Origin: Octopus sinensis
Lineage: Eukaryota
Direction: 5' to 3'
Length of the DNA: 33,337 nucleotides
Assembly (NCBI RefSeq): GCF_006345805.1
Contig: NW_021836025.1
Location: 1-33,337 of the forward strand
Shown: piece by piece, positions 23,340-33,337 of the stretch
How positions within the stretch are numbered: position 1 is the stretch's first letter
Layout: every line of letters begins with the position of its first letter
Position numbers and translations under genes: made by a program
The notes under the pieces: model-generated
Seen by the model: only the letters and a program-made list of their open reading frames with translations
The model's database searches: none
What the model was told of the DNA's origin: nothing

Positions 23340-24137
23340 AATAATAACAACAATAATAACAACCAGTAGCAGTTCCAAATATCACCTGAACAACAACAAT
23401 AAGAAAAGTGATAGAGGAGCAGCCCCTCCGCTAACAACTAGCACCCTTGGCATGATTTTGGCCCCTTCTTTCCATCAATCACTCCAAAAGGAATAGGGAA
23501 ATTTAAATATTCGAAAGAACGAAGGTGAAATATATTCACAAGCATTCATCGAAAACACCATCAGTCTTGAAGAAATTACTACCCTGGGTGGACATGTGCA
23601 GCTGAATTCCCCAAGTCAGTGAAATTCTCAGAAGCTGGAAGTATTTGGAATCATAACGATTCTAAATTACTTCAAACCATCACTTTCCTGTGAAGGCCCT
23701 CAAAGTTTGTATAAAGTTAAACGCTTGGCAATAATAAGTCGTACATCCCTTCCTTGAATTACTACACACAGCTCCCACACCACTTATGAATTTAATTCGG
23801 TTGTTTTTTACATGATGGTTTCAGCAAGAAATTCTTAACACACACACACACCACACACACACACAACACACACACACACACACACATGCCTACCATCGTC
23901 ATCAGCAACGGTGTCGTACTTATTTCCTGCTTATACAAAACCACACTCAATGTCATCTGAACCCTTTGCCTCTTCTGTATATTCCATATGATAACACAAG
24001 GCACATTACCTTGGCGTCCAAAGGAGGACAGAAAGAAGGAAAGAAAGGAGGAAAAAAGAAAGAAAGAAAGAAAGAATGAAAGAAAGAAAGAAAGAAAGAA
24101 AGAAAGAATGAAAACAACAAGAACAGAAGGGATAACA

Positions 24138-24355
24138 ATCCTTTCTGCTGTAGGCGTAAGGCTTGAAATTTTGGGAGAGGGTTTAGTCGATTACATCGAA
24201 CACCATTGATCAACTGGTACTTAATTTATCGACTCCCGAAAGGTTGAAAGTCAAAGTCGACCGCGGCGGAATTTGAATTCAGAACGTGGAGACGAACGAA
24301 ATGCCACCAAGCTTTTTCTCCGGCACCACACTAGCGATTCTGCCAGCTCATTGCC
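24138..24355 (-). mobile_element. SINE subfamily A2
   Basis: Homologous to 23124-23339. Confidence 0.8.
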
Positions 24356-24610
24356 ATTATTCTGCCTAATAAGAATAACAACAAAAGTGTTGTTACTCTA
24401 ATAAGAACGACTACAACAACAGCAACAACATTCAAAGAAATATCAAAGAAAGAAAGTAGAAAGAGCCTTCCTCCATGTTTCCCCAATCATAAGACCTTTG
24501 TTTTATATATAAACGTTACTGGATCAATACCCTACTAAGATACCCCACTCTTCATAAAAGCCTTACTCAATAGCCACCCATCACCAACACCAACACCAAC
24601 ACCATTGCAC

Positions 24611-24653
<43 letters not shown>

Positions 24654-25113
24654 TCATCATCATCATCATCATCCTCATCACTTCTGGAGTTTCTCTCCCA
24701 TCTTCTACTTCACACCACGATCTTGTTGTATGTAATTAGATACAGGATTACACGGTCAATTAATAAGGCTGGCTGGTTGGCCGGTTGGCTGGTTGGCTGA
24801 TTGATACAGTGTTGCTGCAGCTGCTGCTGTTGCTGTGGTTGTGTTGTTGTTGTTATAGTGTTGGTGGTGGTGTTGGTGGTTGTAGTTGGTGCAGTGTTGT
24901 TGTTGTTGTGTTGTTGGTGGTGGTGGTGGTGGTGGGACATGAAACATTACCGTTTTGCCACGAGTCAACCTACGAGCAATGACTATCTCCGATCAAAGTC
25001 ATTCCAACCGTGACCACCTCGTCTCTCTCCTCTACACAGCCACACCGTCTACTGTGTTCATTCTGGAAGGATACCATTCGAGTCTTTCTGACTTGTCAAG
25101 TGATCACACAGAG

Positions 25114-25256
25114 CAGGGATGGGCGACCTTTTAGGAGAGGCGGGCTGCAGGGGACACGGTGTACCACAAGACACTAATTAAAAAAAAAATCCCTAATCAT
25201 TTTTTGTTGGCCTGCCATTCAGAGGAGTCCGGCGGGCCGCAGTGTACCCATGACTG
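25114..25256. mobile_element. hAT-type MITE
   Basis: Left end CAGGGATGGGCGACC, degenerate right end GTGTACCCATGACTG, subterminal GCGGGC(T/C)GCA at both sides. Candidate 8-bp TSD ACACAGAG/TCATAGAG (6 of 8). Confidence 0.65.
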
Positions 25257-25503
25257 TCATAGAGGATATTAGTGACTGTGGTGGAGTTGTTGTTGGTGGT
25301 GTGGATGGTGGTGGTAGTGGTGGTGGTTGTGATTCTTCGAAGGTGCTGGTGACGGCGGGGGTGTTACTGATGTCTGCAGTCGTGATGGCGATGAGGACTG
25401 CTTTTGCTGATGGCGCTGTTGATGATGATGATGACGATGGTGATGTTGAAAGTGTTGATGGAATTCGTAATGGTTTTACATTTTACGATGTTGGTGATGA
25501 TGA

Positions 25504-25781
25504 TGTGGTACGAAGTTTGTTCCCAACCACAGAGTTCCGGTTTCAGTCCCACTCCGTGGTACCTTGAGCAAGTCTCTTCTGCTATAATGTAAGAAGCCTG
25601 TCGTGTGTGTATATATATACACACACGACAGGCTTCTCACATTTTCCGTCAACCAAATCCATTCACATAGCATTGGTCGGTCTGAAGTATAGCAGAAGAC
25701 ACTTGCTCAAGGTACCACGGAGTGGGACTGAAACCGGGACCCTGTGGTTGGGAAGCAAACTTCGTACCACACAGCTACGCC
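25504..25781. repeat. Fold-back (inverted) duplication of a family B SINE 5' half with a perfect 46-bp central palindrome
   Basis: 25592-25637 is a spacerless palindrome. Arms 25504-25586 and 25688-25771 differ by only about 4 changes. Confidence 0.92.
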
Positions 25782-25794
25782 ATTATACCACACA

Positions 25795-25827
<33 letters not shown>

Positions 25828-25889
25828 CACACACACACACACACGCACCCGTGAATGTGTAAGAGCATGTGTGTCTTTGCGTCTGTGTG

Positions 25890-26335
25890 TGTCTCACACC
25901 ACCGTTAACGACCACTGTTAGTACGTTTACGTCCCCGCAACTTAGCGGTTCGGCAAAAGATACCTATAGAATAAAGCGGCGAGCTGGCAGAACCGTTAGC
26001 ACGCCGGGCGAAATGCGTAGCTGTATTTCGTCTGCCGTTACGTTCTGAGTTCAAATTCCGCCGAGGTCAACTTTGCCTTTCATCCTTTCGGGGTCGATAA
26101 ATTAAGTACCAGTTACGCACTGGGGTCGATGTAATCGACTTAATCCGTTTGTCTGTCCTTGTTTGTCTCCTCTGTGTGTAGCCCCCTGTGGGTAATAAAG
26201 AAACGGATACCTATAGAATAAGTATCAGGCTTAACAAAAAGAAAAGAAAGAAAAAGTAGCACTGGAGTCAATACATTCTACTAAGGCGGTGCTCCAGAAT
26301 GGCCGTAGTCTAATGCCTGAAGCCACCAAATAATA
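25890..26335 (+). mobile_element. Family B SINE 3' half, interrupted by a family A insertion
   Basis: GTTTACGTCCCCGCAACTTAGCGGTTCGGCAAAAG ... AAGGCGGTGCTCCAGAATGGCC. Confidence 0.8.
25975..26205 (+). mobile_element. Young full-length family A SINE, 16-bp TSD
   Basis: GATACCTATAGAATAA at 25959-25974 and 26206-26221. Confidence 0.93.
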
Positions 26336-26403
26336 AAAGATATCCTATTTCTTTGTCCTGTGATTCACCACTATCCCCAAATGCTAAAAAAATTTTATAA
26401 AAA

Positions 26404-26449
26404 CATTTCAGTACCGGTTTCGGCCATTGAGACTTTTCAACTGTAAGTA
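26404..26449 (-). ncRNA. Hammerhead-like motif, U3-A8 core variant
   Basis: Minus strand: UACUUACAG-UUGAAAA-GUC UCAAU GGCC-GAAA-CCGG-UA/CUGAAAUG. Palindromic stem III ACCGGU; stem I short (5 of the first 6 pairs). Confidence 0.55.
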
Positions 26450-26815
26450 TTGAAAACAAATTTTGGAAAAATTAAATGAAAAGGCTTTTAAAAGAATATT
26501 TGCATAGTATTCAAATACAAGGACCATTTTCCTTATTTCTGGATCACGTGTGGATCGTCTCTGTACGTAATTTCATCCCGATACTCCATTGCATCCTTCC
26601 CGCACGCTTGCGTACACAACACACACACCTGCGTACGTGTGCACGTCGTTGTTTCGAGTCAACCGAACTTATAATTAAAGGCTTTCCAACAATCACCATC
26701 CAGGTTTCGAATCCACAAGAGTAAACAAGAGAGACAGACACAGGCAGAGACAAGGAAGATGCCTCTTGAATTTGAATACTATGCAAATATTCTTTTAAAA
26801 ACTTTTTATTTAATA

Positions 26816-27328
26816 CTAGCAGTATCGCCCGGCGTTGCTCGGGTTTGTAAGGGAAATAACTATATTAGCATTTTTAGAGAGTTACTTCCCTTATAGATGC
26901 CAATTCGGGCTTTCTTAGCCCATTTCTGTTTTTGTGTCTTCAAGCCATGAAGTCGTTGTTCTAAAAACGCTGGTCTCCTTGACAACGTTTTTACGACGTT
27001 GATTTCCTTACACTCCCTTCCCCCCACAGCTTCACGAGGGAGGGAAGAAGGGGGAGAAGCAAACAGGTGCAGTGTGACCATGGACGCTAACTCCGCCGCC
27101 ATCGACACACGAAAAATTATGCATTAAAATGGAATAAAAATGATGTTAAATTATTTTTTAAATCGTAGACTCATCGTAGACGCGCGCTAATACTCAGACG
27201 GGCTCGATATGAATCACGACTATATGATACCCGAATTTGGTTAAACTGCACCGCAAAATGTGGGAGTAGTTAGGAATCTAAATCGAAGGGGACAGACACT
27301 CACACAACTACAGTTTTATATATATAGA
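26816..27328 (-). mobile_element. Non-autonomous Helitron, 513 bp
   Basis: Minus strand has 5' TC (27328-27327), hairpin CCCGAGCAACGCCGGG 8 nt before 3' CTAG (26819-26816), inserted at A|T with no TSD. Confidence 0.88.
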
Positions 27329-27354
27329 TTTCCAAAATTTAATTTGTTTTCCAT

Positions 27355-27400
27355 ACTTCCAGTTGAAAAAGTCTCAATGACCGAAACCGGTAGTGAAATG
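27355..27400 (+). ncRNA. Hammerhead-like motif, U3-A8 core variant (partner arm)
   Basis: CUUCCAG-UUGAAAA-AGUC UCAAU GACC-GAAA-CCGG-UA/GUGAAAUG. Stem II has 3 bp; stem I is weak. Confidence 0.5.
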
Positions 27401-27456
27401 TTTTTTATAAAATTATTTTAGCATTTTGTACCTTGACTTTTTTCCATATATATATA

Positions 27457-27831
27457 CCAGCAGTATCGCCCGGCGTTGCTCGGGTTTGTAAGGAAATAAC
27501 TATAATAAGCACTTTTAGAGAGTTAAAGCCAAAAAATAGCAAAAAAATGCATTAAAATGGAAAAAAATGATGGTAATTTTTTTTTTTAAATCGTTGACTC
27601 ATCGTAACATTTTTAGAGAGTTACTTCCCTTATATATAGCGAAAAAAATGCATTAAAATGGAAAAAAATGATGGTAAATTATTTTTAAAATCGAAGACTC
27701 ATCGTAGACGCGCGCAAATACCAAAGGGCTCGATATGAATCACGACTATAAGATACCCGCTTTTGGTTAAACTGCACCGCAAAATGTGGGAGTAGTTAAG
27801 AATCTAAATCGTAGGAGACAGACACACAAGA
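27457..27831 (-). mobile_element. Second, shorter Helitron of the same family
   Basis: Same 3' hairpin, CTGG (CTRR) terminus at 27460-27457, internal duplication of about 65 bp, candidate A|TC 5' end at 27831. Confidence 0.82.
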
Positions 27832-27859
27832 TATCAACTCGTGTATTCCTTTTCAACCT

Positions 27860-27901
<42 letters not shown>

Positions 27902-28203
27902 TATATATATATATCTTCCTAGAAGGACAGGTTTAATGACATGCGTTCGTCATGGTTTGTCAACGGCCTAATTATGGCTTCTGTTCTACATCGTCTCAGA
28001 GACCCGTCTGACGGACTTCGTTCCGCGTTCCGCTTTGAAAAAAATGACCGAGCGCCATTTTGACTTCTAAAGCGTTGGTCACAATGCGTTTCGTATTTGC
28101 TTCTCCCATTCTTCTGTTGCCGAGCTTATTCATTAATCTATTGGTTGCTTTGCCAGAGAATTGGATAACGTAGTCCAAGATAAAGCGTGTCTAAATAATA
28201 ACC

Positions 28204-28368
28204 CGGATGGACACTGTTGGAAAGCCTTTAATTATAAGCTCGGCTGACTCGAAACAAGGATATGTGTGTGTGAGTGTGTTTGTGTGTTTCGTATGCAAGC
28301 GTGCGGGAAGGATGCGATGGAGTATCGGGATGAAATTACATACAGAGACGATCCAAACGTGATCCAAT
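28204..28368 (+). repeat. Dispersed repeat, inverted copy of 26541-26705
   Basis: GGATGG...TGTTGGAAAGCCTTTAATTATAAG...GCAAGCGTGCGGGAAGGATGC.ATGGAGTATCGGGATGAAATTAC...GTGATCCA is shared. Confidence 0.85.
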
Positions 28369-29391
28369 TATGGATTAGAATTGTAATTTATATCACGTCC
28401 AGACACACACACACACACACACACGCAAGCACTCATACACATACACATACGTACATACATTTATATACATATATGTATGTATATATATATACATACCGGA
28501 AATTGTTTTTCTCGGTCTGTTCTATGTTCCAATTACATACTGATTGATTTATTGACTGATATATCACAGTGGTGGTGGTGGGGAAGGGTAGGAGTGGGGG
28601 AGGGAGGTAAACAAGGGGCTGTGTTGGGTATGGATGTATTAGTGGTGGTAGTGGTGGTAATAGTGGTGGTGGCAGCAGTAGTAGTAATAGTACTGGTGTT
28701 GATGATAATGGTGTTGTTACCATTTCGAAGAACTCAAACCCGGCGAGATAAGTGCACGTGTGTGCAAACGATTATGACGATGGTGTGTGTGTGTGTGTAT
28801 GTGTGTGTGTGTAGCTATACAGGTGCAGCATGGCCGAATGGTTAAGAAGTTGTCCTTGTATTTATGCTGTCCCGGGTTCCAGTCGTTGGACTAGACTGAT
28901 CGTTATATCTATCATGCATAGTCTATTCATTGCTTTTTACTGGCTCGCAATAGTATGTGGGGGACGTAAACAAACCAACTGCTATTGTGAAACTGTCGTG
29001 AAGTGATGGGTAACAAATACCAAACCTCAAACACACACACACATATCGATCTATTTATCTATCTATTGATGTGTGTATGTATGCGTGTGTGTATGTAGTT
29101 CTGTGTATTTGCACGTGCATTTGTTTGTACGACTGGCTTCCGTACAGTATCCGTGTCCCATATTCACTCACAAGGCACAACTAAGCCCAGAATATAATGC
29201 AGGGCACTTATCTAACTTGCTGCTCAGTTGGAATCCACTTGATTTCACGTATTTGCAAAGCGAATTTGTTGGCCATAAAAGCTATAACGGCTTCAACACC
29301 ATGCAGCACTACTTGTTGTTATGGACACACAGTCTGCCCTATGAATGAGAAATGCATCTTCTTAAACGATACATAATTACGCGAATTGAAA

Positions 29392-29903
29392 ATGTTACCG
29401 TATGTCTATATCTACAATCCTAGAAACATTGAAACTTTAATAATATTCTTCAGAATGTACCGATACTGGAAAATCGGTTTCTACGAGCACATATTAAATA
29501 CAAAGGGGAATTTCCGAGAATCTTAACAAACTCCAAATTATATCTAACGACAACGGAACCAACAGTTAACCATTGTTGATGCTCCAGTGCTAGAATATAT
29601 TTTAAATAGTTCAAAGGACGAATTTATTATGTAAAGAGTGAATTTTACCTGTGAGTCAAGAAATCTAATTTATGTAATAGCATGTTCAGGATGCGCAGAG
29701 AATTACATAGGAGAAAACGTAATGTTCTTAAAGAAGCGAATTTAGTAAAAGAAATGAAGCAGAGATTGCATTCACTGAAAATATCAGTATCATTTAATAT
29801 GTATAAATATTCAATGAGTTGAGATTTAATCAATTATATTTATCATATTTGCTAATTAAAGACCGTTGAATATTTTATTGATCAAATACAATGTAACAGT
29901 TAA
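29392..29903 (+). mobile_element. Decayed Penelope-like element: linker plus GIY-YIG endonuclease
   Basis: MLPYVYIYNPRN at 29392, frameshifted ILQNVPILEN, NFTCESRNLIYVIACSGCAENYIGE at 29641-29715 (CxSxNxIY..CxxC..YIGE signature), and EYFI at 29868. Several stops and frameshifts. Confidence 0.85.
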
Positions 29904-30154
29904 CAACTTCAACTTATAGAAGTATGAACGTTTTAACAGGATTCAATTACAAAATCATGGGAATAATTAAAAAAGTGAAACCGGTTGGACATTTGAAAAT
30001 TCTGCTCTTATTATAAATATTTTATTCCATTTTTCTGTATTCAATATAACTTAACGTGCCGAGTAACTAAATATCGAGTAACTTAATATCACACACACAT
30101 GCACACACACATATATATATATATATGTAAGTATGTCTGTATGTAAGTATATAT

Positions 30155-30364
30155 ACACACGATTGGTTCCTGGCTTTGGGTGAAAGAAAATAAATGGTTC
30201 AGTTAATTATGATTTTATTCAGTATATTCCCCGCTCAGATTCATACACTTATTGCAGCGATCCGCCAGTTTACTAAGCCCTGTCAAAGAACTCATAAGTT
30301 TGGGTCTCCAACTAGGCCTTTCAAGATACCCTGAAAGCCAGGAACTTTTCAGCACCCCCACGTA
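30155..30364. mobile_element. Tc1/mariner-type MITE, left end eroded
   Basis: TTCCTGGCTTT ... AAAGCCAGGAACTTTTCAGCACCCCCACGTA. Internal homology to 11977-12201. Confidence 0.8.
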
Positions 30365-30490
30365 TATATATATGTATGTGTGTATGTGCGTGCGCGCGCG
30401 CGTGTGTATTTGTGTGCACGTAGGTGTGCTGAAAAGTGAATTGGATATTTTACACACCTCTTTGAAGGAATTTCTCTTTTTATTATGTTA

Positions 30491-30551
<61 letters not shown>

Positions 30552-30565
30552 CATACATACATATA

Positions 30566-31003
30566 TACTCCTTACTCTCTTTTTACTCCTTTACTTGTTT
30601 CAGTTATTTGACTGTGGCCATGCTGGAGCACCGCCTTTAGTCGAGCAAATCGACCCTAGGACTTATTCTTTGTAAGCCTAGTACTTATTCTATCGGTCTC
30701 TTTTGCCGAACCGCTAAGTTACGGGGACGCAAACACACCGGCATCGGTTGTCAAGCGATGATGGGGTGAGGGACAAGCACAGACACACAGACACACAAAC
30801 ATACACACACACACACACACAACACACACACACATATATATACATATATACGACGGGCTTCTTTCAGTTTCCGTCTACCAAATCCACTCACAAGGCTTTG
30901 GTCGGCCCGAGGCTATAGTAGGAGACACTATCCCAAGGTGCCACGCAGTGGGACTGAACACTGAGCCATGTGGTTGGTAAGCAAGCTGCTTACCACAAAG
31001 CCA
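30566..31003 (-). mobile_element. Near full-length family B SINE with an internal (CA)/(TA) tract
   Basis: Head GGCTTTGTGGTAAGCAGCTTGCTTACCAACCACATGG. Tail CCAGCATGGCCACAGTCAAATAACTGAAACAAGTAAAGGAGTA. Confidence 0.9.
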
Positions 31004-31219
31004 CACACACACACACCCACATATATATATATATTTTCCTATGTATACCCATTTATATTTGACATTTGTGGATATCTTTCTCGATACCCTTCCCGTATGT
31101 TTGATCACTTGTGCAGATACACATTCTTACGCAACTCCGTAACCATGTATAACAAATTACCTAATTATTATTTTAAAACATTGCAGTGTATGTACACCAT
31201 GTAAATGTATTATGTTTCG

Positions 31220-31580
31220 CAGAGGAGTATGAAAAATTGTGATCCTTTAAACACAAAGCTATTACTGTACTGAATCCGGTTCTAACTGGTTCTAACTCCG
31301 CGACAGACCACAGAAGTTTAGCTAATTTACAGTGCCATCTAGTACTTGGATTTATATAACTTACGATGCCAAAGTGGTAATGGTAAGGTCTTCTATGTAT
31401 GATTCTCCATATCTTTTACTTCCTCGCTTCACAGAGAGGCCTCTTAAAGCATCGAAGCTTGCCCAGCAGTTCAGTCGCTGCATAGAAATCGTTTTCTTTG
31501 TGATGAATCTTTGGATTTTTTCCAATTCATTAACGTTCCTGGCATTGTAACGGCCGTCCTACCTGGAAGCAATAATTAAG
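31220..31580 (-). mobile_element. CR1/L2-type LINE remnant, C-terminal to the reverse transcriptase
   Basis: Minus strand: LNYCFQV, then a frameshift, NVNELEKIQRFITKK..SMQRLNCW...LRGLSVKR and later YSNSFVFKGSQFFILL. This resembles the LDYC.QxW..LExxQRxxTK region of CR1/L2 ORF2. Confidence 0.6.
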
Positions 31581-31914
31581 ACCACTAACAAATGTCTTTC
31601 ACAATGTCAGCGTGACTTTTTGGTTTCGTGTTCTAAATGTTACCGTAATTCATCCTGATTGTTGTCTTTTCGTTCCTGCTGTCTTAGTAATAATATGCCC
31701 ATGAAATTATTCTTCACACACACACACAAACACACACACATACACACACACACATACACTCGCGCACACACACACACGCACCCACATGCACACACACACA
31801 CACACACGCACACACACATGTATATGTATCTAAATATACATATATATATATACATATATATGCATATATATATATATGCATACCCCACATACACATACAG
31901 AGAGAGACAGAGAG

Positions 31915-32002
31915 AGAGCAAGATAGATAGATAGATATATAGATGGATGCATATTATATTATATATATATATATAATAGAGAGAGAGAGAGAGAGAGATA
32001 GT

Positions 32003-32035
<33 letters not shown>

Positions 32036-32173
32036 GATAGATAGATAGATAGAAATAGATGGATGCATATATATATATATTATTATATAGAGAGAGGAGA
32101 GATGAGAGAGAGAGAGAGAGATAGATAGATAGATAGATAGATAGGTAGATAGATAGATAGATAGATAGATAGG

Positions 32174-32222
<49 letters not shown>

Positions 32223-32293
32223 GGATAGATAGATAGATGGATGGATGGATGGATGGATGGCTGGATGGATAGACAGATAGATAGATAGATAGG

Positions 32294-32359
<66 letters not shown>

Positions 32360-32360
32360 T
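31915..32360. repeat. Long compound (GATA)n/(GA)n/(GATG)n microsatellite field
   Basis: Direct reading. Confidence 0.95.
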
Positions 32361-32371
32361 ATGGGAATATA

Positions 32372-32590
32372 TACAGGGGGTGGCTAAAAGTTCTTGGCTT
32401 TGGGTAGAAGGAAATACATGAGAATCGATTAATTATGATTTTATTCAACATATTCTCCTCTAAGATTTATTTACAGTGGTCCTTCATTTTTTCTAAACCC
32501 TGTAAAAGAACTTGGCAAGTTGAGCCTCAAACCAAGCTTTTCACGATAACCTGAAAGCCAGGAACGTTTCACCACATCCCATCACCGTAT
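32372..32590. mobile_element. Tc1/mariner-type MITE, diverged
   Basis: TACAGGGGGTGGCTAAAAGTTCTTGGCTT ... AAAGCCAGGAACGTTTCACC. Confidence 0.75.
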
Positions 32591-33205
32591 ATGTAATAAT
32601 TAAATTATGTATATGCAATTCATTCTGTTTTCTTATGTGTGTGATTCCCAGGTCGATGGGAAAATTGCCTTGTATGAAACCCGTTTGTGGTACAAAGAAT
32701 CACTGGGGTCTGCTACTTTGTCATTGATAGACACACTCAAATCTCTGACCCACGGACATGCTCTCGCTCTTTCTCGCTCTTCTCTTTGTCTCTCTCTACC
32801 TTTTCCACCGCTTCTACAAAAGCCTCTGTCCTTTACTACCTCCTCTCACGTACTTAAGACTCACTGTTCTCTTCTCCTCCTATCACTCATTTGCTGTCCA
32901 ACTCTCGTGGTGCAGTGTAACCACTACGTAAATAGTAATGTCGACTGTCTGGAACTCTCTCCCTGTACATGTCGATGCAATAGGTTCCCGCCACCACCTC
33001 ACCCAGTCTTGTGGATAATAAAAAGCCATAGACCCTGCACCTTACTACAGCTCTCACTAACAAACTCTTCTCTCTTTCTCTCCCTCTCTCTCACCCTTTT
33101 TCTCCCTCTTACCTAACCACGTTCTCCTCTCTCCTTCTCTCTCACACTTTCTCTATCTCTATCCTTTCCATATATATGTATATACGATGTGTGTGGTATT
33201 CATGC

Positions 33206-33242
<37 letters not shown>

Positions 33243-33337
33243 ATGACTCAACTAGATAACAAAATATAATAAGTAACTCAATGAATACAATGGCATGTAA
33301 GTGAATAATTAGTGAACATCGTACGAAAAAATAATTA

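Larger units (their letters stand above)
26378..27450. mobile_element. About 165-bp inverted repeat pair (26378-26540 versus 26747-26815 plus 27329-27427), probably Penelope-like pseudo-LTR derived
   Basis: The arms align along their full length once the Helitron is removed. Each arm carries a hammerhead-like core pointing outward. Confidence 0.7.

Noticed and set aside
23580-23640. DLGNSAAHV ankyrin-like peptide on the minus strand
   Set aside because: It has an in-frame stop right after, a weak donor and a phase incompatible with the 99-nt exon.
24005-24110. Recursive splice-site-like pyrimidine tract followed by AAG|GTAATG on the minus strand
   Set aside because: The tract is a (TTTC)n microsatellite and AAG is a poor acceptor. 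It cannot be supported without nascent RNA data.
3922-31003. tRNA genes at the A/B-box motifs
   Set aside because: Each continues into a SINE body, and I could not fold a full cloverleaf.
32607-33116. 169-aa plus-strand ORF with an acceptor-like site near 32651
   Set aside because: It has no domain signature or donor, runs into CT-rich repeats, and is antisense to the supported exon.
1-33337. Almost all ORFs in the six-frame track (YI, TH, CV, poly-T/H/L/M, YLSI runs)
   Set aside because: They are translations of microsatellites or SINEs, with no splice or domain support.

Overview
This is repeat-saturated, AT-rich eukaryotic DNA, almost certainly intronic. I infer a coleoid cephalopod (Octopus-like) from the SINE families and the extreme microsatellite load; the organism was not verified. 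Only one host exon is supported: a 99-nt phase 0-0 exon at 20502-20600 (minus strand) encoding exactly one ankyrin repeat. The rest comprises at least three tRNA-headed SINE families (nested, tandemly arrayed and fold-back copies), three Tc1/mariner-type MITEs, a hAT-type MITE and two non-autonomous Helitrons. It also holds decayed fragments of a Penelope-like element (GIY-YIG), a restriction-like-endonuclease non-LTR retrotransposon and a CR1/L2-type LINE. The most notable signal is a set of minimal type I hammerhead ribozyme motifs. One is near-intact (7654-7708, minus). Two loci each carry a divergently oriented pair, and one pair has the compensatory U3-A8 core. Nearly all ORFs in the supplied track are microsatellite translations. 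All alignments and folds were done by eye.
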